DNA of 64,000 nucleotides from an uncultured Enterobacteriaceae bacterium (GCA_964460065.1 CAYWPF010000025.1:25504-89503); one strand, 5' to 3'. Positions 9,558 to 19,870 are shown, numbered from the stretch's first letter. Numbers and translations: made by a program. Notes: generated from the sequence alone by a model not told the origin.

Positions 9558-10565
9558 CTAGGACTCCAAGCATTGTCGGATAGCGGTGTCGATGAAATCG
9601 GTATCTGCTTTGTTAATGCCGATTCCCGCAAGGTGCCCCCAAACGGAGGGTATGGGCTTGTAAGTGACATTCGGGATACACTGAATTTCGGCCTCATTAT
9701 CTGCGGGTGGGAAATAGAGATCTGTTTGACCAGGCATGATTACCGCCTTAGCTGAGACAGAGGACAGGGCCTTTTCCCAATCACCATGGTAACCCGGTGT
9801 GTCTCCCACGTTGTGGCCCTGCCATGTTTTTGCCTGTGCCAGTAGATTATTGGCATCGCATTGTAGGAAATTATTTTCCCAGAAGCACACTAGAAAGTCT
9901 TCGACGGAGGGATGGCCCAGCTGTTTGAAGAGGTTCTCTCGGTACCAGGTTTGGGACATGCCCCAGCCCGCGTATACACGCGCCATGGCGCGCAGTCCTA
10001 TATGCGGTCGCGTAGAGTACGCCCCCTGATTCCAAGATTGGTCGGCTCGGAGGGCAGCAGTAAATCCCTCGATAAAAACGTGGGTGTGAGGTGTGGTGTG
10101 ACACGCTCCACACCATGGCGCTATACGTTTTACGAGGTCAGGATAACTGATTGCCCATTGATACGATTGCTGGGCACCCATTGAATATCCTGACACGAGG
10201 GCGACAGACTGAATTCCCAGGCTACTAACGAGTTCGTGCTGCGCATGCACATTGTCGCGTATGGTCGTGTGGGGAAAGTGCATTCCGTCAGAAGGTTGTG
10301 GGGTGTTGCTCGGAGAAGTGGACAGGCCGTTCGTGAACATGTTCGTGGCAATTACGCAGTATTTGGTCGGATCGAAACACTTTCCTGGTCCTATCCAGGG
10401 CTCGTAACCCGTGTGGTCTCCGGAATACCAGGAGCACAGGACTATGGCATTGTCTTTCTCTGAATTGAGTGTGCCATGTACCTTGTAGGCTAGCTGGGCC
10501 TCTCGTAGGACACGGCCACACTCGAGGGGAAAATCGCCGAGCGCGAAGTATTGGTGATCTGCCAT
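9558..10565 (-). CDS. Homoserine O-acetyltransferase (MetX)-family alpha/beta hydrolase
   Basis: 335 aa. Nucleophile elbow GYSMGAQQ. MetX-like N-terminus. RBS AGGAGGG lies before the ATG. Confidence 0.65.
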   Translation of the reverse strand: MADHQYFALGDFPLECGRVLREAQLAYKVHGTLNSEKDNAIVLCSWYSGDHTGYEPWIGPGKCFDPTKYCVIATNMFTNGLSTSPSNTPQPSDGMHFPHTTIRDNVHAQHELVSSLGIQSVALVSGYSMGAQQSYQWAISYPDLVKRIAPWCGACHTTPHTHVFIEGFTAALRADQSWNQGAYSTRPHIGLRAMARVYAGWGMSQTWYRENLFKQLGHPSVEDFLVCFWENNFLQCDANNLLAQAKTWQGHNVGDTPGYHGDWEKALSSVSAKAVIMPGQTDLYFPPADNEAEIQCIPNVTYKPIPSVWGHLAGIGINKADTDFIDTAIRQCLES

Positions 10566-10756
10566 CTTGCCCTCCTAACAATAATACCGACCTCGGACCC
10601 GCCGGAAGCGGGCCTGCGAGCTTGTAGAACACGCTACTTGGTACCGATCTTGAACTGCGTCGTCAACGCCAAAGCAAGAAAAGTGATCGTCGTGAAGGGG
10701 CGGATTCGGGAGCTGCCTCTTCGCTCATGTAGCGTGGTCCCGGGCGGTTGTATTGA

Positions 10757-11491
10757 TTAAGTCCTCCCCAGTGCCTTCAGGTATGCGGAGACACTTTTCT
10801 CTAGGCCGAGGTGCAAAGCATCGCAAATAAGTGCGTGGCCGATCGACACTTCCAATAGGCCCGGCAGATGCCCAGCGAGGAATGGGAGGTTCGCCAGGTC
10901 GAGGTCATGGCCGGCGTTTAATCCCAGCCCGATCTTATGTGCTGCCTCCGCCGCGGAATGATATTCGGAATAGACCCGCTCTTTGCTGCTGGTATCGAAG
11001 TAACGGGCGAATCGCTCCGTATACAGTTCTATACGGTCGGCTCCTAGCGCTTTGGCTCGGATAACCTGGTCTACGGTGGGGTCAAGAAAGAGGCTCGTTC
11101 GGATTTGGGAACCTCGGAGACGATTAACCGCTTCGTGAAGATCTGGAGTACTCTCGGTCAAGTCCCAACCTGAGTTTGACGTCAGTACGTCTGGCGGGTC
11201 GGGGACTAGAGTGCATTGGGTTGGACTAACCTCGCAGATTAGGTCTATAAAAGGCTTGGAGGGAAAACCTTCTATATTGAATTCCGCGCCAGGGATTTGA
11301 CGTAATAAGGTTGCCAGCTCTCTTACATCGTCGTAGCGGATATGACGGCCGTCAGGCCTCGGGTGCACAGTAATCCCATCGCAGCCTGCCTCTATACAAA
11401 TGGCAGCCGCGCGAAGAACATTGGGTTCGTTTCCTCCGCGCGCATTTCGCAGTGTTGCAATTTTGTTGACATTTACACTCAGTTTGATCAT
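10757..11491 (-). CDS. pdxJ: Pyridoxine 5'-phosphate synthase
   Basis: 244 aa. LSVNVNKIATLRNARGG...GITVHPRPDGRHI is a hallmark PdxJ sequence. Confidence 0.9.
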   Translation of the reverse strand: MIKLSVNVNKIATLRNARGGNEPNVLRAAAICIEAGCDGITVHPRPDGRHIRYDDVRELATLLRQIPGAEFNIEGFPSKPFIDLICEVSPTQCTLVPDPPDVLTSNSGWDLTESTPDLHEAVNRLRGSQIRTSLFLDPTVDQVIRAKALGADRIELYTERFARYFDTSSKERVYSEYHSAAEAAHKIGLGLNAGHDLDLANLPFLAGHLPGLLEVSIGHALICDALHLGLEKSVSAYLKALGRT

Positions 11492-11522
11492 GGGCAGGTT
11501 TCGCAGATTGGTATTGGCCCGT

Positions 11523-12416
11523 TTATGAGAGGGCGTTCTTGGCTAGTCGCTCTAGAGTCCCTTGGACCGTTTGCGGCTCAAGAAAGTGCACGTGTCTAAA
11601 AGCCAACGCGCCCGGCTCTGCGCCCAACATCAGGACGACTCTGTCGGCGCCGGCATCCTCGTATTGTTGTATGAGATCTGCGCAGGGGTCCTCGTCTCGA
11701 ATTCCGAGAAAAACCGATATCTCGAGCGTTGAGAAATCACGCTCGGCCTCGTCTGTATAGCGCCTGAGCGCTAGTAACTGTTTACGTAGGGCCTGGGGCC
11801 CGGGAGCTAAGGGGCACCAGCCGTCGGCCCACGCGGCGACGCGCCGTAGGCCTTTTTCGCCGTGAGCGCCAAGAAGGACGGGTGGGTGCGGTTTTTGGAC
11901 GGGCTTCGGGTTGCAGCGTACCGGTGGAAAATCGATGATTTTTCCATGGAAGCAGGCCTCCTCAACGGTCCAGAGTTGGCGCATCGCTTCGATGCTTTCT
12001 CGAAGGCGCACCCACCGCTTGGAGAAGCGAGTACCCAAGATCTCTACTTCTTCTTTGAGCCAACCCGATCCTACTCCTAGGACGACCCGTCCGTTGGACA
12101 AGTGATCCAAGGTGGCTATTTCCTTCGCCAGTATTATGGGATCCCGTTCGGTCACGAGACAAACCCCCGTTCCTATTTTGAGCCTTTTTGTTGATGCGGC
12201 GGCGGTTGCTAACCCGATCAAAGGGTCTGCCAACTCGCCGTAGAAATCTGGAATGGTTCCGTCCTCGGTGAGGGGGTACGGAGTGCTCGTTGACACTGGC
12301 ATGACCGGATGTTCTCCCATCCACAAGGAGTCAAAACCAAGTGCTTCAGCCTGAACCGCCACAGCGGCAGGATGGGCCGTATATGGGGTGGAAAATAAGA
12401 ACACACCGACATCCAT
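11523..12416 (-). CDS. LLM-class (luciferase-like) flavin/F420-dependent oxidoreductase
   Basis: 297 aa. TIM-barrel LLM pattern (EALGFDSLWMGEHP...GRVVLGVGSGW). Confidence 0.8.
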   Translation of the reverse strand: MDVGVFLFSTPYTAHPAAVAVQAEALGFDSLWMGEHPVMPVSTSTPYPLTEDGTIPDFYGELADPLIGLATAAASTKRLKIGTGVCLVTERDPIILAKEIATLDHLSNGRVVLGVGSGWLKEEVEILGTRFSKRWVRLRESIEAMRQLWTVEEACFHGKIIDFPPVRCNPKPVQKPHPPVLLGAHGEKGLRRVAAWADGWCPLAPGPQALRKQLLALRRYTDEAERDFSTLEISVFLGIRDEDPCADLIQQYEDAGADRVVLMLGAEPGALAFRHVHFLEPQTVQGTLERLAKNALS

Positions 12417-12534
12417 AAACTCTCTCTGTCTCCTCCGGAAGCTACAGCTCTCGCAACCGAATAGGTCTGTACTCGCCCCGGTATTTTTTTTAGTATGCAG
12501 TTTCCCAAAGGGAAGAGAAAGGGCCGTGTCTCTT

Positions 12535-13737
12535 ATGAGTAGTTACCTGCAGGAAGTTGCCCGGAATTTGGTGGCCCACGACACTGTCAGCCATAACAGC
12601 AATGCCGAGGCGATGGATTATCTTAGTAATTGCCTAGATGGGCATGGGTTCACCGTCACCCTACAGGTTACCGAAGTAGGTGGGGTGATGAAGTCAAATC
12701 TTGTTGCGACAGCCGGTCCTCCCGAAGAAGATGGACTTATTTTGTCCGGGCATGTGGACACGGTACCGTTTGTTGATCAACCGGGCTGGACCCGTGAACC
12801 TCTCAGCCTCGAAGTAGAAGATGATCGGGTGTATGGGCGTGGCACCTCCGACATGAAGGTGTTTCTGGCACAGTGTGTAGATGCGGCCGCTCAAATCGAA
12901 ATCAAAAAAATGGCCCGGCCACTGGTGCTCGTTTTTACCGCAGACGAAGAGGTTGGATGCCTCGGCTCCCGTCGGCTCCTGCCGGCGCTTACAGACTGCT
13001 TGAAGGAAGTGCCTAAGCCCTCTCTTGCCTGGATCGGTGAGCCCACCTCCTACAAGGTCTTCCATTGCCATAAGGGCGTCGTTGTCTTTACGATCCGAAT
13101 TCTTGGTGTTGGCGGCCACAGCAGCACACCCGAAATCGGTGCAAATGCCATAGCCGTCGCTGGCAAAACGATTGCGACTATTGGCGAATACCAGGCGGAA
13201 TTGTTGGCGGCACCGTCACGCGAAATGTCCGAGCTCTTCCCCGATTCACCGTATACGACACTGAACTTCGGTCTGGTGCGCGGAGGCACGGCTGGAAATA
13301 TGATCGCGGACGAGTGTTCTATCCAGGTGAGTTACCGGCCTTTGCCTAATACGGACCCACTGGCGTGTTTTTATGAGATAAAGCGGCGTATGGCCAACAT
13401 GGAACTGACGGACTTTAGTGGCTCCGGTCACGAAGCGACAGTCGAATTCAATGCTCCGTTGGTTGTCCCGTCACTGTTATCGCCACGCGGCACACGTTTG
13501 GAAAAATCGCTTTTCAGCGTGGTGGACGAGGCCTCGAGCAGTGGGGCCCCCTTCGCGACAGACGGGTGCCAATTAGCTTCCGCGGGCATATCATCCTTGA
13601 TTTGTGGCCCCGGGGACCTTGATCAGGCCCACCAACCAAATGAAAGTATTCGCAGAGAAACATTTGAGGATGGGACATCCAGAATACTCGAGGTGGTAGA
13701 AATGTTGTGCGTTCGCCGTGACGATCTGCGTGCCTAG
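12535..13737 (+). CDS. M20-family peptidase (ArgE/DapE-like acetylornithine deacetylase family)
   Basis: Metal-ligand motifs GHVDTV...GRGTSDMK...DEEVG. I set the start at the MSSYLQEV Met; the ORF-track extension upstream lacks homology. Confidence 0.8.
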   Translation: MSSYLQEVARNLVAHDTVSHNSNAEAMDYLSNCLDGHGFTVTLQVTEVGGVMKSNLVATAGPPEEDGLILSGHVDTVPFVDQPGWTREPLSLEVEDDRVYGRGTSDMKVFLAQCVDAAAQIEIKKMARPLVLVFTADEEVGCLGSRRLLPALTDCLKEVPKPSLAWIGEPTSYKVFHCHKGVVVFTIRILGVGGHSSTPEIGANAIAVAGKTIATIGEYQAELLAAPSREMSELFPDSPYTTLNFGLVRGGTAGNMIADECSIQVSYRPLPNTDPLACFYEIKRRMANMELTDFSGSGHEATVEFNAPLVVPSLLSPRGTRLEKSLFSVVDEASSSGAPFATDGCQLASAGISSLICGPGDLDQAHQPNESIRRETFEDGTSRILEVVEMLCVRRDDLRA

Positions 13738-13869
13738 AGAACGAGCGTTAGGATTAATTACGTTTGCGCAGTGACCGTCACATTATATGCAGGCGGTCTC
13801 TTGCAAAGTGAATTCACGAAGACCGCGTCGCCGGAAAAGGTTCCGTGTGTCCTTTAGGAGAAACTGGTT

Positions 13870-14502
13870 ATGGTGGTACACGAAATTAAACACCCATTGG
13901 TCCAGCACAAGATGACGCTTATTAGGGATAGCCAAACAAAGCCGAAACTTTTTCGGGAACTTGCGGAAGAACTGGCTACCGTCTTGATGTACGAATGCCT
14001 GAGGGAGGTCCGTACGGAGAGCAAGATCGTAGCCGGGTGGGCCGGCAAGTTCAAAGGTGAGCGGCTTCCCATAGAGAATCTGACGGTAGTGCCGATCCTG
14101 CGAGCGGGCTTAGGATTGCTGCCGGGTGTATTGCACGTTGTTCCTCACGCCGAAGTGTCCATGGTGGGTATGTATCGGGACGAACGGACCCTAGAACCAA
14201 AGCCGTACTTCCAAAAACCGGTCGATCGCATTGCAACACGGACGGCTATCGTTATTGACCCGATGTTGGCGACGGGTGGAACGTGTGTTGCCACTGTTGA
14301 TATGCTCCGCGAAGCAGGATGTCGTTCGTTTTGCGCGCTGTTCATGGTAGCCGCGCCCGAAGGATTGAGGCGGCTTGAAAGCGCACACCCGGAAATTACG
14401 GTCTTTACCGCCGCAATAGACAACGGTTTGAACGACGCAGGATATATACTTCCCGGTTTAGGAGACGCGGGCGATCGTATTTTTGGTACATCTATCGGGT
14501 AA
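13870..14502 (+). CDS. upp: Uracil phosphoribosyltransferase
   Basis: 210 aa. HPLVQHKMTLIRD...VPILRAGLG...IDPMLATGGT is a classic Upp sequence. Confidence 0.9.
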   Translation: MVVHEIKHPLVQHKMTLIRDSQTKPKLFRELAEELATVLMYECLREVRTESKIVAGWAGKFKGERLPIENLTVVPILRAGLGLLPGVLHVVPHAEVSMVGMYRDERTLEPKPYFQKPVDRIATRTAIVIDPMLATGGTCVATVDMLREAGCRSFCALFMVAAPEGLRRLESAHPEITVFTAAIDNGLNDAGYILPGLGDAGDRIFGTSIG

Positions 14503-14547
14503 ACGGGATCCGGGTAGGCCGGTGACGAACTATCGAAGGAGGCGTGA

Positions 14548-15435
14548 ATGAAGTATGCGCTGGTGGGAGTGGGGAGCGGTTCAACTGTTCGACCGGAGCC
14601 ACTGGCAGAGGTTGGCACGATGGCCGAGACGCTCGGATTTGAATCGCTGTGGATACCCGAACATCTTGCAGTACCAGTCGAAATGCAAGCGCGTTACCCG
14701 GGATCAGCAGATGGAACGTTTCCTGGGGGTCCGGGGGTCAACCTCCACGATCCATTTGTGGCATTGTCGTTTGTTGCGGCACGCACAAAAACGATCAGAT
14801 TGGCGACTGGGGTGTTCGTTCTACCTCTTCGGAACACTCTAGCGACGGCGAAGGCGGTGGCTAGTTTAGACGTGTTGTCTTGCGGAAGAGTTATATTCGG
14901 TATTGGCGTTGGCTGGTGCGAAGAAGAATTTGAAGCCGTAGGCGTGTCCTTTCGAAATCGTGTTTCTCGCACACGGGAAGCGCTCGACGTGATGCGGGAA
15001 TTATGGACTGCGGAATATCCCCGTTTCGCCGGTCAACACCACAAGTTTGCTCCTCTGGGATTTAATCCGAAACCGGTGCAAGTGCCGCACCCGCCGATAG
15101 TTTTTGGAGGCGAGAGCGAGCCTGCCTTAAAGCGAGCAGCAGAGCTCGCCGACGGGTGGTGCGGGATACGGCACTCACCTCATAGCGTCAGAGCGTACAT
15201 AGGGCGGCTGAAGGCACTTGTTCAGGAGGCTGGGAGAGATTTTAGTCAGTTTGAGGTAACGGTCGGGATGGAATCGGGAATAGCGCCGACTGTTGACACG
15301 GTCAAGAAGTTTGAGGACGCCGGGGTACACAGACTTTTTGTGTTTGCTCCGGGTTGGGTCCGAAGGCGCAAATTTAAAACCGATTTATTTCCACAGATGG
15401 AAGCCTTCGCTAATGATGTAATGAGGAAGGTGTAG
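14548..15435 (+). CDS. LLM-class flavin/F420-dependent oxidoreductase (paralogue of 11523..12416)
   Basis: 295 aa. Same architecture as the first LLM and same C-terminal block (KPVQVPHPPI.FGG). Confidence 0.8.
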   Translation: MKYALVGVGSGSTVRPEPLAEVGTMAETLGFESLWIPEHLAVPVEMQARYPGSADGTFPGGPGVNLHDPFVALSFVAARTKTIRLATGVFVLPLRNTLATAKAVASLDVLSCGRVIFGIGVGWCEEEFEAVGVSFRNRVSRTREALDVMRELWTAEYPRFAGQHHKFAPLGFNPKPVQVPHPPIVFGGESEPALKRAAELADGWCGIRHSPHSVRAYIGRLKALVQEAGRDFSQFEVTVGMESGIAPTVDTVKKFEDAGVHRLFVFAPGWVRRRKFKTDLFPQMEAFANDVMRKV

Positions 15436-15482
15436 GGCTGGGCCAAACGGCATTCGCAACGACCGAATGGTCCTCGAAACTT

Positions 15483-16664
15483 ATGCAGACGAAAATACCA
15501 GCGGTTTTTATGCGCGGTGGAACGAGCCGCGCGGTTTGTTTCCGCGAAGATGTTCTAGCTGAGTACTCGCACGAAAGTATGGAACGTATCGTGCTTGCCG
15601 CGTTGGGTAGCCCGGATGGCTATGGCCGTCAGGTCGACGGTTTGGGAGGCGGGATATCCTCGCTCAGTAAGGTAGTGATTGTAGGAAAGAGTGACCGCGC
15701 TGATACTGATGTAACGTTCACCTTTGGTCAGGTAGACGTCGCGACGCCCACCATCGATTGGAGTGGAACCTGTGGTAATATGTCGGCGGCCGTCGGCCCA
15801 TTTGCTATCGATGAAGGGATGATTAACGCAGTAGATCCGGTGACAAGTGTCCGAGTGCTCGCAGCTAACACCGGCCAGCGCTATATCGCTCGGGTACCTG
15901 TGCGCAACGGAGAAACCCAGGTTGAGGGAGACTATTCTATCGATGGTGTGCCTTCGTCGGGCGCGTGTATAGAACTTGAGTACATGCGCCCGGGCGGGTC
16001 TCTGAACGGGTCGTTATTACCCACAGGACTAGCGCGTGAAGTCTATGAATTGGATAATTCCGAGACTGTGACCGTCTCGGTTGTGGACGCTGCTATTCCG
16101 ACGGTGTTCGTTAGAGCGTCTCAATTAGGCGTCGACATGAGGAGGCTTCCCCAAGAACTGGACGCCGAAACGGGAGTGCATTCACTACTAGAGAAAGTTC
16201 GGTGCCGGGCTTCGGTTCGTCTGGGGATCGCCTCAAATGATGAAGAGGCTCACACGAAGTTCCTTCACGTCCCGAAAGTGGCACTGGTTGGTTCGTCTTG
16301 CACTTATCGTGGCACCGACGGACGAGCCATCGACGCCGGACAAACTGATTTTCTCGTGCGGGCCGTATCTATGAGGCGTACCCATCGGACAATTCCCGGT
16401 ACGGTTTCTATTTGCGCAGCGGTTGCCGCCGAAATATCAGACACGGTGGTAGATGAAGTTGCAAAGACACGTGGACCAAGGACAGTCCGGATCGGTCACC
16501 CGGCGGGTGTGATGGAACTCCGCGTTACAGGAGGGGTGAAAAATCGTCAGTGGTCCCCGACTTCGGTGACAACTTACCGCACAGCGCGCCGTATTATGGA
16601 AGGGTCTGTCCTTGTACCGGTCGGTTACCTCCAGAACTCTATACCGTGGTACGGAAGGAAATAA
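15483..16664 (+). CDS. PrpF/LigU/GalD-family isomerase (2-methylaconitate isomerase / 4-oxalomesaconate tautomerase family)
   Basis: 393 aa. N-terminus IPAVFMRGGTSRAVCF is characteristic of the PrpF fold. Confidence 0.8.
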   Translation: MQTKIPAVFMRGGTSRAVCFREDVLAEYSHESMERIVLAALGSPDGYGRQVDGLGGGISSLSKVVIVGKSDRADTDVTFTFGQVDVATPTIDWSGTCGNMSAAVGPFAIDEGMINAVDPVTSVRVLAANTGQRYIARVPVRNGETQVEGDYSIDGVPSSGACIELEYMRPGGSLNGSLLPTGLAREVYELDNSETVTVSVVDAAIPTVFVRASQLGVDMRRLPQELDAETGVHSLLEKVRCRASVRLGIASNDEEAHTKFLHVPKVALVGSSCTYRGTDGRAIDAGQTDFLVRAVSMRRTHRTIPGTVSICAAVAAEISDTVVDEVAKTRGPRTVRIGHPAGVMELRVTGGVKNRQWSPTSVTTYRTARRIMEGSVLVPVGYLQNSIPWYGRK

Positions 16665-17029
16665 GGCACGGACGGCACTTATGCGGCTTCGGTGCGCCCC
16701 CCGGAACCAAGACAATTCAGGAGGAACAATTTTCTAACAATTCTAGTGTGGTGTCTTTCCGGTCTCGTAACATACGGCTTTGACTTTTCCGTAGCCCTTC
16801 CTTCCCAAGTCAGAAGGCCTGAGGAGGCGAGTAAAATTCAGCGCCTTTTTTACAAGGCTCTTGGTAAATGTCCTCGGTATTCTTCACCCGGAAGGCAGGC
16901 TACGTCGGTGATGTCCGGGTTGGTCAGTCCTTAGTATGGGGATCCGGCCTCGTCGTCGGGCCGCATAAAGCGCAAAATTTCGATCGGTGGGCTTTTAGGT
17001 TCTCCTCCGTATTGATGATAGACCGCCCG

Positions 17030-17203
17030 CTAGATGCCGTTGGGTAGTCGCGTTGTTATGGCTGCTTCTGGACCTTCGAAGGTTACGTCGCCAACCGCCC
17101 GCAGTCCCAGTATGTTGTCGCGCTAAGGGCCGAAAGCGCTTTCGATATTTTCCACAGTGATACCGACATGTGCCACTTTTCCTAATATAAAGTAATCCTC
17201 CAT
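17030..17203 (-). pseudogene. Decayed VOC/glyoxalase-family gene fragment, tandem to the intact VOC gene upstream
   Basis: An ATG lies 16 nt after the VOC stop. It reads MEDYFILGKVAHVGITVENIESAFGP, then an in-frame TAG, then RDNILGLRAVGDVTFEGPEAA...*, which is VOC N-terminal-like. I translated this by hand. Confidence 0.3.
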
Positions 17204-17219
17204 TTTGCTTAACGCTGAA

Positions 17220-17699
17220 TCATGAAGGGTATCCGGTCGTGATCTCGACCTGAATGTTGTCGGGGTCGCGCAGGTACACCGAGCCTTGGGTTCGAGATCC
17301 GTGTAGCGTGTACGGAATACGTTTCTCGTCCAAGGTTTTCAGGAGCGCTCCGAATTGATCCGCGGTAGCTTTTAGGGCGATATGGTGCATGCTTCCCACG
17401 CCACGGACCGTCGGTTCCTTGTCCTTTTCTGGAAAATCGAAGAAAGCTAATTGATTTCCTCCTCCCATATCAAAGAATATATGCGTAGAGGTTGGCTCAT
17501 CCCGGTTGGTGATGACGTTCGTGAGCATCATGCCTACTACCTCAGTATAGAATTGAATGGTTTTTTCGAGGTCAAGGCTGATCAAGGCGAGATGGTCCAC
17601 CCCGCCTGTGTAAACCGGTCTCCTCTGAGTGGTAGGATCAGAAAGATATTTTTTTGAAAGCGCTTTCCGCCGTCTCTGATAGTGGTCGAAATGTGCCAT
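17220..17699 (-). CDS. VOC-family protein (glyoxalase/bleomycin-resistance/dioxygenase fold)
   Basis: 159 aa. GVDHLALISLDLEKTIQFYTEVVGM matches a VOC beta-alpha-beta-beta-beta module. Confidence 0.7.
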   Translation of the reverse strand: MAHFDHYQRRRKALSKKYLSDPTTQRRPVYTGGVDHLALISLDLEKTIQFYTEVVGMMLTNVITNRDEPTSTHIFFDMGGGNQLAFFDFPEKDKEPTVRGVGSMHHIALKATADQFGALLKTLDEKRIPYTLHGSRTQGSVYLRDPDNIQVEITTGYPS

Positions 17700-17741
17700 T
17701 TCTGCTTCCTGGATCGTAATGCGCTCTCTGCCGCTAATGCC

Positions 17742-19283
17742 CTACTGATTTTCCCAATCAACATTCCGCTCGAACGCGCTAGCCGCACGAAAGAGGGTGG
17801 ATTCGTCCCACCGCTGTCCTACGAGTTGTAGGCCGATAGGTAGGCCCTTGCTTAATCCACAAGGCAGGCTTAGAGCAGGATGGCCAGACAGGTTGAACGG
17901 GCTCGTGTTTTGCCCGGCGGCTGCGCTGTGCCGCACGAGATCTTTCAAATTTAGACCCGATTCGAGCAGGGGGGCGGTCATAGGCGTCGTTGGCAGAGCC
18001 ACTACGTCAACGGTCTCAAGAATTTTCTCAAGTTCCTGGGTGAATTTGAGTCTGAGGTTTTGTGCTATTGCGTAGTACCGGTTGTTGTAAGAGCGCCGAA
18101 GGTAATTCCCGACCGGAAGGATGAATTTGAGGAAGGGCGGTAAATCGTTGCCTCGGGAGCGGCGCGCTCGCCCGAAGGTCTCTACCCAGCCAACGTTGCT
18201 GGCGCCCCCGTGGCCGTAACCTTCCCCGTCAGATTCGATGATCGCGGGAATCGAATGGCTGGCTAGGCCTGTCCATATCGCCCAGGCGTGCTTGAATAAG
18301 GGAAGCGAGACGGTTGTACAGGTTGCACCGAGGCTTTCAAATTGTGCCATAGCCGCGTGAAATGCATCACGCACATCGGGCTCCATGCCCCGCGCCTTTA
18401 ATCCATCAGTCAGGATGCCGAATTTGAGTCCTCTCACATCGGCGCTGAGTGCTTCTGTGTATCGTGCCGTCTGTATATTCCCTCGTACCCATTGGGGATC
18501 CCGGACATCGTGTCCCGCGATGACTTCTAGCGTCTGGGCCACTTCCCGGACCGTGTTTGCCATCGGACAAATGAAATCGAGGGTATGGTCCATGTAGGTT
18601 AGTCCGAAGGACGGCACGAGACCGTGCGTGGCCTTTATGCTTGTGATACCGCACCATGCTGCTGGAATGCGGCCACTTCCGCCCTCGTCCACCCCGAGCG
18701 CGATGTCTACATCGTTGTTGGCCACGGCGGCGCCACTTCCGCCGGAAGATCCACCTGGCGAGTGTTCTGGGTTGCGAGGGTTGCGGGCATACCCAAATTC
18801 ACTCGTCGCCGCCGATGGGGACAAGGCGAAACTGTCCATATTGAGCTTCCCGACGATTTCGGCGCCAGCATCGAGTAATCGCTCAACGACAGTGGCATCA
18901 CAATCCGGGACGTATCCTTCGGTCAAGCGCGAACCGTTTGTAAGGGGCACGCCTGCAACCGCGATATTGTCCTTCAGTCCGATCTTCTTTCCCGCTAGGG
19001 GCCCGGTGGCCGACCCAACGACGCGACACTTGCGGATAAAAATATTGTAGGGGTCTTCTTCGACCGTTGGCCGGTATCCCGGGTCTCTATTCGTATGTTT
19101 GATAGGCCACCGCGGTTGATCGAGATCGTCCAGACGGTCCAATGTTGTGAGCAGCCCTTCACTTAGTTCTTCGATATCCGAAGCTTCTTTATCGGTTAGT
19201 TGGATGTAGGCATGATTCGCGATCTCTGTAAGTTCGGCTGTCGTGGGACGCCTTATTTTCCCGGTTGAACGCATTCGTCGCAT
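17742..19283 (-). CDS. Amidase (amidase-signature family)
   Basis: 513 aa. The AS signature GGSSGGSGAAVA is present. Confidence 0.85.
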   Translation of the reverse strand: MRRMRSTGKIRRPTTAELTEIANHAYIQLTDKEASDIEELSEGLLTTLDRLDDLDQPRWPIKHTNRDPGYRPTVEEDPYNIFIRKCRVVGSATGPLAGKKIGLKDNIAVAGVPLTNGSRLTEGYVPDCDATVVERLLDAGAEIVGKLNMDSFALSPSAATSEFGYARNPRNPEHSPGGSSGGSGAAVANNDVDIALGVDEGGSGRIPAAWCGITSIKATHGLVPSFGLTYMDHTLDFICPMANTVREVAQTLEVIAGHDVRDPQWVRGNIQTARYTEALSADVRGLKFGILTDGLKARGMEPDVRDAFHAAMAQFESLGATCTTVSLPLFKHAWAIWTGLASHSIPAIIESDGEGYGHGGASNVGWVETFGRARRSRGNDLPPFLKFILPVGNYLRRSYNNRYYAIAQNLRLKFTQELEKILETVDVVALPTTPMTAPLLESGLNLKDLVRHSAAAGQNTSPFNLSGHPALSLPCGLSKGLPIGLQLVGQRWDESTLFRAASAFERNVDWENQ

Positions 19284-19399
19284 ATCACAGTGACCGTTTC
19301 GTTAGTCTGTGTACCCCGGTCAATAATCATATTTGCGCCGTACATGGGCGGACCGTAGTACCCATTTCAGCATACAAAATAGGAGCCGTCGGGGCGACA

Positions 19400-19870
19400 T
19401 TATTGTCCTACGAATGGTTGATCAACCCAGCCCTTGTCGAATGGTGTCCAGCATTCGGGCGCGAGTATCAGGTTCTGCATTTTCCATTCACCGTTGACGC
19501 GGACGTACTCCTCTTCGTATTTTGCGACACCCCAAACAGCCTGTTCTCCGCCCTCTTTCATCGTGCAGGGTTCGAGTAAATACCAGAACCCGGTGGCGCT
19601 ATCTCCAGTTACATCGATGCGTGGGTTCATGACATAGTGGATTGCAAAAGAGAGCAGTTTAGGAAGGCTACGAAAGAAATCCCGGATTGCCGCTTTTCCC
19701 TCGAATTTTCCCAGGTTCCCACCGTCCCACACCGCATCGTCGGTGAAGCATCCTACAAACTTCTCTTCGTCTCGTTCATCAGCCCCCGCGCAATACCTGG
19801 CTTTGAGTTTCTTGATCGCTTCTATATCCTCTAGTCTTTGAATACGCTTTTCCAATTCGTTGTTTGTCAT
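19400..19870 (-). CDS. NTF2-like (SnoaL-like) domain protein
   Basis: I trimmed the start to MTNNELEK, which follows RBS AGGAGGG. NTF2-like cone pattern (YCAGADERDEEKFVGCFTDDAVWDGG). Confidence 0.55.
   Translation of the reverse strand: MTNNELEKRIQRLEDIEAIKKLKARYCAGADERDEEKFVGCFTDDAVWDGGNLGKFEGKAAIRDFFRSLPKLLSFAIHYVMNPRIDVTGDSATGFWYLLEPCTMKEGGEQAVWGVAKYEEEYVRVNGEWKMQNLILAPECWTPFDKGWVDQPFVGQ

Noticed and set aside
9539-9697. N-terminal 53-codon extension of the enoyl-CoA hydratase ORF. The same applies to 12388..12534 (M20 peptidase), 43670..43783 (ACAD), 49083..49259 (LRR), 52414..52512 (crotonase) and 61105..61158 (fabZ)
   Set aside because: The extensions have no homology to the family N-termini and overlap upstream genes or intergenic DNA. 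In each case an internal Met preceded by an RBS aligns with the known protein start.
16692-16934. 80-aa plus-strand ORF with a hydrophobic segment in the 16.7-17.2 kb gap
   Set aside because: It has no RBS or family resemblance. The gap is better explained by the VOC gene remnant on the minus strand.
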